A DNA stretch of 64,000 bases from Anaerolineales bacterium (GCA_044226485.1 JBGAGY010000011.1:168806-232805), one strand, 5' to 3'. Numbered from the stretch's first letter, positions 1 to 10,670 are shown. Notes: a model not told the origin generated them from the letters alone. Made by a program: numbers and translations.

Positions 1-421
1 ATAGAGCTCATGCGGATGGCACCCAAGCACATGTGACCTTTGGTATACGCCACGCCATCGTGTGGCTGATCACCGCTCTGAACGGACGAAGTAGGGGTGT
101 TCATCTCTGCCTGGGCCAGCAGCGAACCATGGAGCGAGCCTGCCAGACCGGGACCGTCAACAAACCCGTTTCGACCACGAGCCAGCAGGCGGCCATCTAC
201 ATACGCCATGACCGCCCGGATCGGGTGGGCATCAACTGCCATGCGGTTGACCGGAGGCCACCCTTCCCGAAAGCGCACGAGTAAGCCGACGCCTGCGGGA
301 TGCCGTCATCCAACCAAAGGTTCCAGCTGCATGCATTGGTTTGATGGCTTCGGGTTTCCAAGAGCACCCATAGAACTGGTTCAGGCGATACCGATGTTCA
401 CGCTGAAGCTACAATGCAGGC

Positions 422-1291
422 ATGGGCACTCGGCACTTCAGGACGACTCACGATGAGATCGCTTATGACCAGGCCTACCAAGCGGTGATGGCCTTGTGGT
501 CCACTCCCTATGAGTCTCGAGATGTGGAGACGCCGTTTGGGCGTACCCATGTCATCGTCGCTGGGCTTACCTCCGCCCGGCCCCTTGTCTTGCTTCACGG
601 TCGCAATGCCACATCAGCAATGTGGTTTCCGAACGTCGAGTGCTGGCAAGGCCGGTTTCGAGTGTACGCCATCGATACGATCGGCGAACCCGGCAAGAGC
701 TGCCACGACGGGCAACCCCTTGCCCATCGCGACCACTACATGCAATGGCTGTCGAGTGTTCTGGATGGCCTCGGCCTTGAGCAGGTGGATATCGTCGGCC
801 ACTCGTATGGTGCCTGGCTGGGTCTGAGCTTTGCACAGGCTCACCCTTCTCGTGTCCGTAGAGTTGTCCTGATGGAGCCCGCCCAGACTATTCAACGGTT
901 CGCTCTTTCGTTCATGGTATGGGGACTTCTCCTGCTCGCCTTTCGTTCGCAGGCGTTGCTTCAGCGCTTCTTCATCTGGGAAGCCCAAGGCCTGGCGCCC
1001 AAGCCGGAATGGATCCGTTTGATGATCCTGGGCATATCGACGTTTTCGTCCGGCAAAGAAGTGATCGCATCGGTCTTCTCCGACGCTGAACTAAAGAGTA
1101 TCGGGCAACCCGTCCTCCTGATCCTGGGTCGAAAGAGCGTTGTCCACGACGTCAGCCGGTGCGAAAAGCGCGCGACGAGGCTCCTCGCACAGTCGCAGGT
1201 AGAGGTGCTTGCCAACGCATCTCACAACGTGTCGCTGGACGACCCCACGACGGTCAACGCGCTCGTGACGGATTTCCTTGACAAGATCTGA
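422..1291 (+). CDS. alpha/beta-fold hydrolase
   Basis: 289-aa ORF. HG motif (LLHGRNATSAMW) and nucleophile elbow GHSYG. Confidence 0.85.
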   Translation: MGTRHFRTTHDEIAYDQAYQAVMALWSTPYESRDVETPFGRTHVIVAGLTSARPLVLLHGRNATSAMWFPNVECWQGRFRVYAIDTIGEPGKSCHDGQPLAHRDHYMQWLSSVLDGLGLEQVDIVGHSYGAWLGLSFAQAHPSRVRRVVLMEPAQTIQRFALSFMVWGLLLLAFRSQALLQRFFIWEAQGLAPKPEWIRLMILGISTFSSGKEVIASVFSDAELKSIGQPVLLILGRKSVVHDVSRCEKRATRLLAQSQVEVLANASHNVSLDDPTTVNALVTDFLDKI

Positions 1292-1373
1292 ATGGGGTGA
1301 TGGTGCCGCTCGCGCCTGGATTTGTATAGGACGCGCTGTGGCGACCCGAGTTGATAGGCTCATAGACCGAGCC

Positions 1374-1506
1374 GGCTACGGGCCGCATGAGCTTCTTGTT
1401 GTTTAGGTTTTGCCAAAGCCGGACCGCCGCGTGCCCCAGTCATGCGCCGAAGCCTCCTGGCTTTGAGCATCCAGTTAGCCCTGTCAGCTGCATGCGCTCG
1501 TCAGCC
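1374..1506 (-). repeat. attC-like repeat, degenerate
   Basis: ggctacgggccgcatgagct...ccagttagccctgtcagctgcatgcgctcgtcagcc aligns to the window consensus. Both arms recognisable but eroded. Confidence 0.55.
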
Positions 1507-1525
1507 GGCTATCGGCCGTCGACGG

Positions 1526-2344
1526 CTATTTCCCGCGCGATGCCGCTAACAGCGCCGCATAGTGCTCAGCGCGGGCCTGGTCGCCCATTACCCTGTAGAG
1601 CGCCTCCAGTTCCTCGAACACGTAGGGATCAACTTCTCCAGCTTCTTGCCATTCCTGCTCCAGTTTAAGCTGGATCTCCAGCGCCTTCGGGTAGTTTGCC
1701 ATGGCGCGATAGGTCGACGCCATCATCCATTTCGCAATCCGGACCCCTCGCTCACTCCCGTCTCTCTCCTTAGCTTCGCGTGATCGCACAAATTGTTCAA
1801 GGGCCTCGTCATAGCGCTTCTGCAAGTACAGGGCATATCCCACATTGTTCCTGAGTGAACCTTCCCATTTCTTGGCCTCTGGCTGTTGGGAGCCCTCCAT
1901 GTACGCTAACGCCTCCAGGTCCCACTTGAGTTGCTCATTCGGCTCCGTATCCACAAACGCCATCATGTGCAGCGCGTCGATGGCCAGATGATCAAGCCGC
2001 TCCGCCTTGGCGAGAATGAACGCCCGCCCAAAGGCATCTCGCGCCCGTGTTCGGGCGTCGTCAGTCTGCGACTCCGAAGTGTGCGTGGCCGAAGAATAGG
2101 TCCGCCCAAGCTCGAGCCAGTAACGCACCTGCGGCTCTCCAGCTGCCTGGCCGATCTCCCGGTCCACCTCAGCCAGAATTCGACGAGCCGCCTCGAAGTC
2201 CTTGCGGATCCCATATGTTCGTGCAATCTGCGTCTTGAGGATCAGCGCATCTTGTACTTCAGCGGTGGCCAGCGCAGCCCGGAAGCGCTCTTCGCTCAGG
2301 GCGGGCTGGCTGTGATCCCACAACTGCTGGATGTCGATTGCCAT
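1526..2344 (-). CDS. TPR-like helical-repeat protein (cassette-like)
   Basis: 272-aa ORF with helical-repeat composition, bracketed by degenerate attC copies. Confidence 0.7.
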   Translation of the reverse strand: MAIDIQQLWDHSQPALSEERFRAALATAEVQDALILKTQIARTYGIRKDFEAARRILAEVDREIGQAAGEPQVRYWLELGRTYSSATHTSESQTDDARTRARDAFGRAFILAKAERLDHLAIDALHMMAFVDTEPNEQLKWDLEALAYMEGSQQPEAKKWEGSLRNNVGYALYLQKRYDEALEQFVRSREAKERDGSERGVRIAKWMMASTYRAMANYPKALEIQLKLEQEWQEAGEVDPYVFEELEALYRVMGDQARAEHYAALLAASRGK

Positions 2345-2385
2345 AGATTGTCCCGATTTGACAGACGGTCAGTGCCTTGAGGGCA

Positions 2386-2471
2386 AGCTAACGGCCGGGC
2401 GAGCCGGTGAACCAAGCCCGGCCGATATCGGGCACTCGATTGGCCGCGCCAGCCGGATGCTTACGTGAACC
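2386..2471 (-). repeat. attC-like repeat, degenerate with internal deletion
   Basis: agctaacggccgggc / gagccggtgaaccaagcccggcc / cgattggccgcgccagccggatgcttacgtgaacc match left box, inner module and right arm of the consensus. Confidence 0.5.
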
Positions 2472-2490
2472 AAGTTTCGGCCACACGAGT

Positions 2491-3330
2491 TCAGGCCTCA
2501 GCAACCGTGAGAGGACGCGGCTGCTTTCCGTCGACATCTTGAAACCCATACTCTCGGGCAATCGCGGCGCTCACCACCACCTGCCCGGATTTGTTCAGAA
2601 TGTCACCATCAGCCGCCAATGCCGCCACTGCGCGCCCAACAAATAGCGGCGATTCCGAGTTGCTCAGATCAAAGAAATCCGCTGCCTTCATCACGCCTTC
2701 AGTCCGGACCAAACCCGGATACAGGCTGACCACTGCCACTCGGTGCTCACGCAACTCATGAGCCATGCACGCGGCCATTCTGTCATCTGCTGCCTTGGCG
2801 ACTCCATAGATCACGCCCTTGTCATCTCGTTGCGCTGCAAAGTACGACACGTTGACGATCAAACCTGAACCTTGCGCGATCATGAGCGGGGCCGCCAGGA
2901 CCGACGCCGTGTAATGCGCTCGTACGCCGGCCTGAAACGACTTATCCCAGCGAGACAAAGGAGCCGTCCAGAACCCTTTCTCCTTCCAGAATTCGGTTCC
3001 ATCGTTGAAGAGTTCGTACCCGCCCCAGACATTGTTCACCAATATGTCGAGCCGCCCCTGCTCAGTCGCTATCTGCCCGAACAGGTTCTCAACCTCTTCA
3101 TCGCGAGTGTGATCACATCGGACGGCTATGCCCTTTCCGCCCAGGCGCGTCACCTCATCGGCCGTCTCCTGTATCGTTCCAGGCAAGGTGACTGCCGCTT
3201 TGCCTTCCTCCGTTGTCCGCCCCGTCACATAGACTGTGGCCCCGGCCTCGCCCAATCCTTGCGCGATGCCCTTACCAACGCCTCGGCTCGCTCCCGTCAC
3301 CAGCGCGACCTTTCCCGTCAGTGTTCGCAT
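2491..3330 (-). CDS. short-chain dehydrogenase/reductase (SDR)
   Basis: TGASRGVGKG Rossmann motif and YGVAK (YxxxK). Start placed at MRTLTGK; the ORF-track start at 3408 would add an unsupported 26-aa N-terminal extension reaching into the attC-flanking spacer. Confidence 0.9.
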   Translation of the reverse strand: MRTLTGKVALVTGASRGVGKGIAQGLGEAGATVYVTGRTTEEGKAAVTLPGTIQETADEVTRLGGKGIAVRCDHTRDEEVENLFGQIATEQGRLDILVNNVWGGYELFNDGTEFWKEKGFWTAPLSRWDKSFQAGVRAHYTASVLAAPLMIAQGSGLIVNVSYFAAQRDDKGVIYGVAKAADDRMAACMAHELREHRVAVVSLYPGLVRTEGVMKAADFFDLSNSESPLFVGRAVAALAADGDILNKSGQVVVSAAIAREYGFQDVDGKQPRPLTVAEA

Positions 3331-3392
3331 GTGCCCTGCCCTCCATGAACCTGATGACCAGCCCGAGAGTGTAATCGATGATTGGAGAAACG

Positions 3393-3519
3393 GTCTACCG
3401 GCCCGCATCCGCTGCGTGGCAGATGGCCCAAGACCACCCTACCAACAACTCGCCATTGAACCGAGGCCAACCGGTTTGGGCACCCGGGCGGCCACATCAG
3501 CCGAAAGCGATTGGTCGGC
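3393..3519 (-). repeat. attC-like repeat, degenerate
   Basis: gtctaccggcccgcatccgctgcgtggc...cgccattgaaccgaggcc...gtttgggcaccc...gccacatcagccgaaagcgattggtcggc is collinear with the full-length consensus. Confidence 0.55.
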
Positions 3520-3562
3520 AGTTGGCTGCCACCGGATACAGCCCTGGCTGTGACACCCCTCA

Positions 3563-4258
3563 CTACGCGGCAGGCCTTCTAGCCACAACGATCATCGGAT
3601 TCGTCTCGGGCGTCGACTCGATCTGAAAACCCTGCGCTCTCAGCAACGCATGCAATTCCTCGACTGACCAGTACAGCGACGCATTCGAACGCTCGGCCAT
3701 GATCTTGGCGGCAGCCAGGAGCATGTTCCACGGCGTCTTTCGCTTCAAGATCCGGACTCGCGCGCGGATCTGTTGCCAGGCCGATTGATCATGATAAGCA
3801 GGTCGGAGAAAGTGCAGAACCACAAATGCGCCGCCGGGTTTCAGCACGCGTAAGACTTCTCGACACGCATGCGCCGGGCTTTGCACCGCCTGAAGCACGC
3901 TGATCGCGACCACGCCCTCGAAACTGTTGGGCGGCAGACTCAGCTGCCTGTCCAGATTCTGCAGGCCGAAACGCAGCCTCAACTTTGTGGCCGGCGTGAT
4001 CTTGGCTTTCGCTCGAGTGAGCATCCCGTCCGCCGCGTCAACTCCGGTGACATCGTAGCCCGCCTCTGCAAGCGCTACCGAATAGATTCCGGCACCGCAA
4101 CCGGCATCCAGGATGCGGGCCGAACCCTCCGGCAGAAGCGCTCCAACGATGTCAACCACTTGTTGAACGTGAGGCCGGGTCGGTGCCTGCTCATCCCACA
4201 TCCGCCCGATCAGGCTCCAGAATGCGATCCGCAGGCCGGCAGGGACGATCGACTTCAT
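3563..4258 (-). CDS. class I SAM-dependent methyltransferase
   Basis: 231-aa ORF with motif I ILDAGCGAGIY and VLKPGG post-I region. Confidence 0.9.
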   Translation of the reverse strand: MKSIVPAGLRIAFWSLIGRMWDEQAPTRPHVQQVVDIVGALLPEGSARILDAGCGAGIYSVALAEAGYDVTGVDAADGMLTRAKAKITPATKLRLRFGLQNLDRQLSLPPNSFEGVVAISVLQAVQSPAHACREVLRVLKPGGAFVVLHFLRPAYHDQSAWQQIRARVRILKRKTPWNMLLAAAKIMAERSNASLYWSVEELHALLRAQGFQIESTPETNPMIVVARRPAA

Positions 4259-4752
4259 GGCTGGGAGTCTCCGACGTGCATGTATGCCGCCACGACGGGG
4301 TCAGACGCAGCCGCTGTACAGGCCGGCAGACATGTTGCCCTTTTCGTCCAACACCCAATCAGAACGCCGTGTCGGAACAGAATGATGTCGAGCACAATCC
4401 TTCATTGCGGCTTCCGGTTGTATGAACCGCTTCCTGAAAGGATCTTCCCTTGCCACCTTTCACTTACAGGCTGCGGCATTTTCGGATGGGCGTATTTTGT
4501 CATATCGGAGATACCGCGTGTGTCGCGTGATGGACACAGGTGGAGCCATGTGCGCCGCCATCGCCCGACCCATGCTGTGATCGGCTAATACGGTAGGAGC
4601 TTCAGGTGCGTCCATGCTGAGGCCGATGCCGTGGGTAGCCGAGACGCCCACAACCGGCGAGCTGCTCCATCTATCCAGGATCACATCAGCGTGGAACGAC
4701 CAAAGCCTGGCGCCGATATCGACCCTCTCAACCACGCGCCGTCCTGAGAAAG

Positions 4753-6771
4753 TCAGCCTCGCCGTTTGCCGTTTCCAACTGGTTTTGAGCCCACTGCACC
4801 CTTGAGTGAAGGCGGTCTCTTCTTCAGGCTGTCATATAGCTGCTGAAGCTCCATCACCGGCGCAACGCCTAGATCGCAACTGAGATCCTTCTCGAGTTGC
4901 CGATATAGCTTCACAGCTGTCGATCGGTCGCCCAATGCGATCGCTGCTTGCATGCAGAGCGCAACGGCCTGTTCTTGCCACCGATTGGTCTGCAACGCCC
5001 GGCGGGATAGTTCAAGGCAGGCTCTGGGGTTGTCCTCTTGCAGCCGGTGTTGCGCCAGGGCCAGCAACGCGGTCTCGTGTTGGTCGGCCAATTTCTGGCG
5101 GATCGCAAGCGTCCAGTCGGCGTACCGCAATGCCGGAATGAACTCGCCGGCATATAGATCGACCGCCGTCTCCCAGTCGTGTGTGTTGACCGATTCCTCA
5201 AACGCCGCGAAATCGATCGCTGATCCGGCCGGCACGTGCAAACTCACACGATCGTCGGTGACGTCGAGATAGCGACACGGGAATCGGCGGTCGGGAAGGT
5301 CGGGCTCCAGGAGACGTCTGAGGGCCGATGTGGCATGGTGGACAAAGTCCAGAGCGGCGTCCGAGTCTTTGTCGGGACACAGCGCATCGCTGACCTGGGC
5401 CGACGCCAGGCTATACCCGCTGCTGACCAGCAGCAGGGCCAGCAACTCTCCGGCCCGTCGCTGCCGAAGCGCGCGGGCATCGATCCGTTGCGGTCCCACC
5501 CACACCTCCAATCGACCCAGCGTCACGACGCGGATGGGCTTGGGCGGTAAGTTCTGGATGGACTTCAATAGAACCGTCGTCGCTTCGTCCAGTTGTGGAT
5601 TGGCCGAATTGAGAAACCGCGCGATCAGTGGATAGACCCGAGCCCGTTCTCGATGGAGCAGAAAAGCGTAACCGCCTGCCTGCAAGCCCGCCACGAATTC
5701 CAGAAACAGGCCCGCCGTCTGTGGTGCGTCGCGCACGTCGCTCATCGCCGCGAGCTCCAGGACCACCTCGACCTGGTCGCAGCGCATCTCCAGTTCGGCG
5801 AAGATGGCTCGTGCCTGGTTCAGGTGGTTTTCGGCTGAGTCCAGGCTGCCGATCTGCCGTTCCGCCCGTCCCAGCTCCAATAAGGCCCGACCCTGGTAGA
5901 TTCGGTATCCGACACGCCGCGCCATCGTCAGGGCGTCCTCGGCCCAGGTGATGGCTTTGGCTTCGTCACCCCGTCGGTGGTGCATTCGGCTGATCCCAAG
6001 ACGCGTATCCAGGTTCAGACTGGGGTCGCCCAGGTGCTCGGCCGAAGCCAGGGCCTTGTCAAACTGCGTTTCGGCAAGGCCGAATTCTTCCTCATCCAGA
6101 GCCAACATGCCGGCCACATAGCAGGCATAGCCTTCACCGGCCGAGCCCGGCTGTGCCAGGGCGTTGAGCTCGGCCAGGGCTTCGTGCGTGCGCTGCCGCT
6201 GCCCTGTGAGTTGCAGGGCAATGGCCAGGGTGATCAGAGGAAAGACAGACCAGTCGGTGTAGCCGTGGGTGTGACAGAGGCGCAACGCCTGCGTGTCGGC
6301 GGCGATCGCCAGATCAAACTGCCCGCGGAACAAATAGACGCCGCTGCCAAGGTTGTGCAATGCCCGCATGCACAGCAACTGGTTCCCGATTTCGCGCGCC
6401 AGGTCAGCGGCCTGGCGGTAATAGTGTTCGCACTCGACGAGTGAGTGTGTCTCGGCCGCGCACATCCCCAGCAGCAAGAGCGCCTCGACATAGACGGAGG
6501 CCTGCGGCTCGCGGTCGGGATCCGTCAGGGTCAGGGATTCCTGCGCCAGCGACCGGGCGAGGTCGTACTGACCGAGGCGGAAACGGTAGCGCGCCACGGT
6601 GGTCAGTGCGCGGGCGCGCTCCAATGGCCGATCCCCTCCGCAGGCGCTATCCAAGGCCCGGCGCGCCATCCGCAACGCCCCGGACATATCCCCAGCCTGC
6701 TCACGTTCGTACGCCCGTTGAATAAGTGAGTCGATGTCGGTCGCGGGCGATGGCTGCATAGTCGTCGTCAT
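4753..6771 (-). CDS. SARP/BTAD-family transcriptional regulator with N-terminal TPR region
   Basis: The C-terminal part has a winged-helix-like LGRLEVWVGPQRID...RRAGELLALLL followed by a BTAD-like helical domain (DWETAVDLYAGEFIP...LYRQLEKDL). The N-terminal two thirds are TPR-like. Start could be 6813 or 6771. Confidence 0.8.
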   Translation of the reverse strand: MTTTMQPSPATDIDSLIQRAYEREQAGDMSGALRMARRALDSACGGDRPLERARALTTVARYRFRLGQYDLARSLAQESLTLTDPDREPQASVYVEALLLLGMCAAETHSLVECEHYYRQAADLAREIGNQLLCMRALHNLGSGVYLFRGQFDLAIAADTQALRLCHTHGYTDWSVFPLITLAIALQLTGQRQRTHEALAELNALAQPGSAGEGYACYVAGMLALDEEEFGLAETQFDKALASAEHLGDPSLNLDTRLGISRMHHRRGDEAKAITWAEDALTMARRVGYRIYQGRALLELGRAERQIGSLDSAENHLNQARAIFAELEMRCDQVEVVLELAAMSDVRDAPQTAGLFLEFVAGLQAGGYAFLLHRERARVYPLIARFLNSANPQLDEATTVLLKSIQNLPPKPIRVVTLGRLEVWVGPQRIDARALRQRRAGELLALLLVSSGYSLASAQVSDALCPDKDSDAALDFVHHATSALRRLLEPDLPDRRFPCRYLDVTDDRVSLHVPAGSAIDFAAFEESVNTHDWETAVDLYAGEFIPALRYADWTLAIRQKLADQHETALLALAQHRLQEDNPRACLELSRRALQTNRWQEQAVALCMQAAIALGDRSTAVKLYRQLEKDLSCDLGVAPVMELQQLYDSLKKRPPSLKGAVGSKPVGNGKRRG

Positions 6772-6986
6772 AGGGGCACTGGCATGGGCTACACGAAATA
6801 TCGAAAGACACAAACAGCCCCCTCAATCATCTTGCGCAGGCATTGCCGTGCTGCTTGAGCCAGCGCTCAGACCCACAACGCCTCGAGCCGGGCGGCTGCG
6901 CGGCGACCATCAGGGCGAGAGTCCTTGGTCTCTTGCACTCAGGTGCTCCCCCACTCTCCTCACAGATCTATCTCTTGGAAGCACGT

Positions 6987-7008
6987 TTTGGCAATGGTTT
7001 GGCAATGG
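6987..7008 (+). promoter_or_regulatory. perfect tandem 11-bp direct repeat (tttggcaatgg x2), candidate activator site
   Basis: Two exact 11-nt units in the divergent intergenic region between the SARP-like regulator and the secreted-protein genes. Each unit carries TTGGCA. TATTGT lies at 7016-7021. Confidence 0.35.
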
Positions 7009-7269
7009 GCATACGTATTGTAGTCCTGGTGGAGCACCCATGCGCCTCGTCAAGACTTTTGTGTTGCGTCTGTTTGTGGATTCAAACGCACCGGACCGTA
7101 CGTGCGGCAGTGTGCGTTTACTGGATGAGCCAGAGACTTATCCATTCAAGGATGTAGGCGATTTGGAGAATATCCTCCACCGCTCGGTCATACGTGTTCT
7201 GAAACCCCGGGCGACCCGCCCGCCGAAATCGCGCGCCCGCTCCTAGACCCCTCCCCTCGAAGGAAGCCA

Positions 7270-8400
7270 TTGATGCCGAGACACACATCCTGGACATTCT
7301 TGTTCTGCGCACTGTTGACATGGGGATCCAGCGTATCGGTCCCGACGCTCGCTCGCCAGCCCTCGGCCCAGACGCCGCGAGCCGTCAGCCAGGCGGTCGG
7401 CGTTTGGGAAGACATCAGTGACCGACTGCCCGCCCTGCCGACCGGTGCTCGACCCATCACCCAGGTGGTGGTCAGGGCGAACATGGTCTGGGCGGCCGAG
7501 CACAACACCGGCGTGCTGTATCGCTCTGAAGATTTCGGCGCGACGTTCAGCGCCATCCCGACCGGTCTATCGAATATCTCCGACCTGGATTTCCTCGACG
7601 ACTTGAACGGCGTCATGATCAGCAACAGCAAGTTCGCCCGGACCAGCGATGGTGGCCTCACCTGGAGTGCGCCGGTGACGGTTGGCTCGCCGCTCTCCGC
7701 AATCAGCTTCGCCACACCGCTCGTCGGGTATGTGGGCAGCCAAACCGGAATCGTGTACCGGACCGCGGATGGTGGTGTCACGTGGGAGAAGAAACCCTCG
7801 TCCCTGACCTGCTGCACCGTCGCAGATCTAGCCTTTCCGAACCCGACGACGCCCGACGTTGGCTTCATGGCGATCGTCAATTCCGGCAGCATCTTGTTCC
7901 GAACAACCGACGGCGGCAGCACCTGGACGGTCGTCGATTATCAGACAATCGACAACTGGGCAGGTTCCGTGACGGCCTTCGATTTCGTATCGCCAGACTC
8001 GGCCTGGGGCGTGGGCAGTTTTGGCGGGATCCTGCAGTTCAAGAACAACCAGTGGACTCAGCAGGTCAGTCACGCCCCGGTGAGCCAGTTCGGCGAACTG
8101 GTGAGCCTATGCGGTGTGTCCTTCCTCGCCGATGCACAGGTCGGCTGGGTGGTCGGCAATGGCGGAACGATTCTGCACACGACGGACGGCGGATTGACCT
8201 GGACCCCCGAAGGGCAAAACTTGAATCTGCCGACGCAGACGGCCTTGTACGGCATCGCAGCAGTTTCTTCCACCCGAGCATTCGCCAGCGGGTATCCCGC
8301 ATCTGTCATGGGCGGCCCCGCATCCGATGGCCGGCGGTTGTTCCTGTACAGCGTGCCGGACTACGACCACCATCTGTACCTGCCACTGGTCCGACATTGA
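7270..8400 (+). CDS. secreted BNR/Asp-box (Ycf48-like) beta-propeller protein
   Basis: Signal-like N-terminus. Four Asp-box repeats: TSDGGLTWS, TADGGVTWE, TTDGGSTWT, TTDGGLTWT. C-terminal tail HHLYLPLVRH. Confidence 0.8.
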   Translation: MMPRHTSWTFLFCALLTWGSSVSVPTLARQPSAQTPRAVSQAVGVWEDISDRLPALPTGARPITQVVVRANMVWAAEHNTGVLYRSEDFGATFSAIPTGLSNISDLDFLDDLNGVMISNSKFARTSDGGLTWSAPVTVGSPLSAISFATPLVGYVGSQTGIVYRTADGGVTWEKKPSSLTCCTVADLAFPNPTTPDVGFMAIVNSGSILFRTTDGGSTWTVVDYQTIDNWAGSVTAFDFVSPDSAWGVGSFGGILQFKNNQWTQQVSHAPVSQFGELVSLCGVSFLADAQVGWVVGNGGTILHTTDGGLTWTPEGQNLNLPTQTALYGIAAVSSTRAFASGYPASVMGGPASDGRRLFLYSVPDYDHHLYLPLVRH

Positions 8401-8589
8401 CACGACCCTTCCGCCGCCGCCTTCAATCGGAGTCGATCGAATGATCTCGTTCACGATGAGAACGCCCTCCCGCAGAGCGCTCTCTGACCGCCCCATGAAT
8501 GCCGCCCTGACGACGACAAAGCTGATGGCTTCCTGCAGTCGCCGTTGCTGGCGTGCTGAAGCTGCCTACTCCGCGCGTGAGGAAAGACC

Positions 8590-10602
8590 ATGACCTCTCG
8601 ATTGTCCAACGTGATCTCCATTGTGGCGTTGTTCGCGAGCCTGAGCCCGGCAGATGGCGCCGGGCCAGGCGCCGCAGATTCCGGCCCGGCGATTTTGTAC
8701 GTGGCTCCGGGCGGAGCCTGCCTGGGGATGGCCCCGTGCTACAGCCAACCCCAGGACGCGGTCGACGCGGCCCCCGCCGGTAGCGTCATCCGGATCGCAG
8801 CCGGCACTTACGCGCTGCCGGCCGGGGCCAGCGAGGTCGTTCACCTGACGAAGCGCCTGATCCTCCAAGGCGGCTACCGGCCGGCGGATTGGTATAACGC
8901 CGACCCACTTGCCTTTCCGACGATCCTGGACGGGCTTCACCTCGGCCAGGGGATGCTGATCGAGGGCGGCCCGGGACAGCCCATCGACGTCAGCGTAGAT
9001 GGACTCCAGATCACGAGGGGTCAGGCCAGTCTGGGCGGCGGCATCGCGGGGAACAACGTGCATCTCACGCTGCTGAACAGTGTGCTCAACGACAACCAGG
9101 CCACGGGCTCAGGCGGTGGACTCTATCTCGCCGGCGAATACAGCCTCACCCTCGAATGCAGCCAGGTGATCAGCAACACCTCTGGAGATATGGGCGGGGG
9201 CCTGGCGCTGCACAGCTCGAGCGGCCAATCCACGCTCACCGGGTCGTGGATCTCGGGCAATCAGGCCGCCACGGGTGGAGGAGGATTGTCCCTAATGGGC
9301 GGGCAGGCGCAACTCACCACCGTCATGTTGGTCGACAATACCGTAACGCAGCCCAGCGCTGGTGGGGCCGCGGCGGCGGCCAGCGGGGCTGGCCTGAGCC
9401 TGACCCACACCACGCTGGCCCGCAACACGGGCGGCACAAACAGCGGAGTGAGTTTGAGCGGCACATCCGTGTTGACGGCGACCAACCTGCTGGCGGCCGG
9501 CCAGGGCGTCGCCCTCACGGCGGTCGCACCGAGCACCGGAACAGTGGACGGAGTCTTGTGGGGCAGTGGAACGACCTGGGCCAATGGCGCCAACACCGGC
9601 GGCTCCGGAGGCTTCTCGATACAGCACGCCTATTCCGGCGACCCACTGTTCGCGGCCCTCGATCCCGCCAACAAGTTGACCTATTTCCACCTGAGTGCCA
9701 CCTCGCCCGCCCGGGACCGGTCCGTGTCGACCGCGCTGGGCTTCACCGACATCGATCACGAGCCGGTCGTGAACGCGATCGCGGACCTGGGGGCGGATGA
9801 GTATTTCGCGGGCGGCATCATCCACGTCAACGTTGAGCGGGGCGGCGACATTGAAGTCGGAGCGGCCGACGGAAGCCCCGAGAACAGCTACGGGTCCATC
9901 TCCTGGAATGGATCTCAGTGGGTCACCAACGATACGAGTGCGCACCTGTACTTCACGGATTTACGGACCACGGAGCGCCTCAAACACTATGCCATGATCG
10001 CCGACCTTGGCGGCAGTGCTACGGCTGAGCAGGATCTGGCGAACTACCATCTGTCGCGCACGACGTACACGTATACGGCTCTCGCCAAGACGAGCGGCGT
10101 CTATCAGATCGAAGCTGCTCGATACCGGATCACCAGGCCTGACTCTCCCGAAACCATTTGGCTGAATTCCCGCGGGACCGGAACGGGTCAGGCCTACTTC
10201 GACATCTACATTCAATATACGGTGACCTCCACGCTCGCGGTTCGGAACGGATCCGTCTGGTTCAATTACTCAGAGCCGATTGCGGCGGCTGCCCAGCATG
10301 GGCTGAGCGACTCCACAGGGCGCGTTGGAACGCTCACAACTTGCGATCCGCAGGCCGCGGATCGGTCGGGGTACTGGCTTGACGTTAATGGCGGATCGGA
10401 CATGGGTGGGCTCACCTATTTCTTTCACACCACCCGTCATCCCAACAGCATCGTCACGCTGGGATCCTGCTTCCCAGACGAATTCCGGGTCAAGTACCTT
10501 CAGTCTTCGGCAAATGCGCTTGAAGAATTCCGCTTGCGTCCGGAGGTCGTCTCGGAAACCTGGCTGCCCGTCACGTTGTACCTGCCGTTCGTCCGCCGAT
10601 AA
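8590..10602 (+). CDS. secreted right-handed beta-helix repeat protein
   Basis: 670 aa with a hydrophobic N-terminus. Repeated GGG(L) turns (GSGGGLYLAG, MGGGLALHS, TGGGGLSLMG). C-terminal tail TLYLPFVRR. Confidence 0.75.
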   Translation: MTSRLSNVISIVALFASLSPADGAGPGAADSGPAILYVAPGGACLGMAPCYSQPQDAVDAAPAGSVIRIAAGTYALPAGASEVVHLTKRLILQGGYRPADWYNADPLAFPTILDGLHLGQGMLIEGGPGQPIDVSVDGLQITRGQASLGGGIAGNNVHLTLLNSVLNDNQATGSGGGLYLAGEYSLTLECSQVISNTSGDMGGGLALHSSSGQSTLTGSWISGNQAATGGGGLSLMGGQAQLTTVMLVDNTVTQPSAGGAAAAASGAGLSLTHTTLARNTGGTNSGVSLSGTSVLTATNLLAAGQGVALTAVAPSTGTVDGVLWGSGTTWANGANTGGSGGFSIQHAYSGDPLFAALDPANKLTYFHLSATSPARDRSVSTALGFTDIDHEPVVNAIADLGADEYFAGGIIHVNVERGGDIEVGAADGSPENSYGSISWNGSQWVTNDTSAHLYFTDLRTTERLKHYAMIADLGGSATAEQDLANYHLSRTTYTYTALAKTSGVYQIEAARYRITRPDSPETIWLNSRGTGTGQAYFDIYIQYTVTSTLAVRNGSVWFNYSEPIAAAAQHGLSDSTGRVGTLTTCDPQAADRSGYWLDVNGGSDMGGLTYFFHTTRHPNSIVTLGSCFPDEFRVKYLQSSANALEEFRLRPEVVSETWLPVTLYLPFVRR

Positions 10603-10670
10603 CCCGGGCGGGCCGAGACGCCGCCGAGATCAAACCCTGCTTTCAGACTGCCTCACTATCGGAGGATACG

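Larger units (their letters stand above)
1374..3519 (-). mobile_element. eroded cassette-array segment (3 degenerate attC, 3 cassette-like genes)
   Basis: Three degenerate attC copies alternate with minus-strand TPR, SDR and methyltransferase ORFs. Confidence 0.55.

Noticed and set aside
1-242. Open minus-strand frame running off the left edge (MAVDAHPIRAVMAYVDGRLLARGRNGFVDGPGL...).
   Set aside because: No recognisable motif, and an open frame of this length is common in GC-rich DNA. Not reported as a gene.
4460-4735. A 91-aa minus-strand ORF between the methyltransferase and the SARP-like regulator. Also 6734-7246 (plus strand) and 30249-30401 (minus strand, small hydrophobic ORF ending inside an attC).
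   Set aside because: No family signature, no convincing ribosome-binding site, and composition not clearly coding. Left unannotated.
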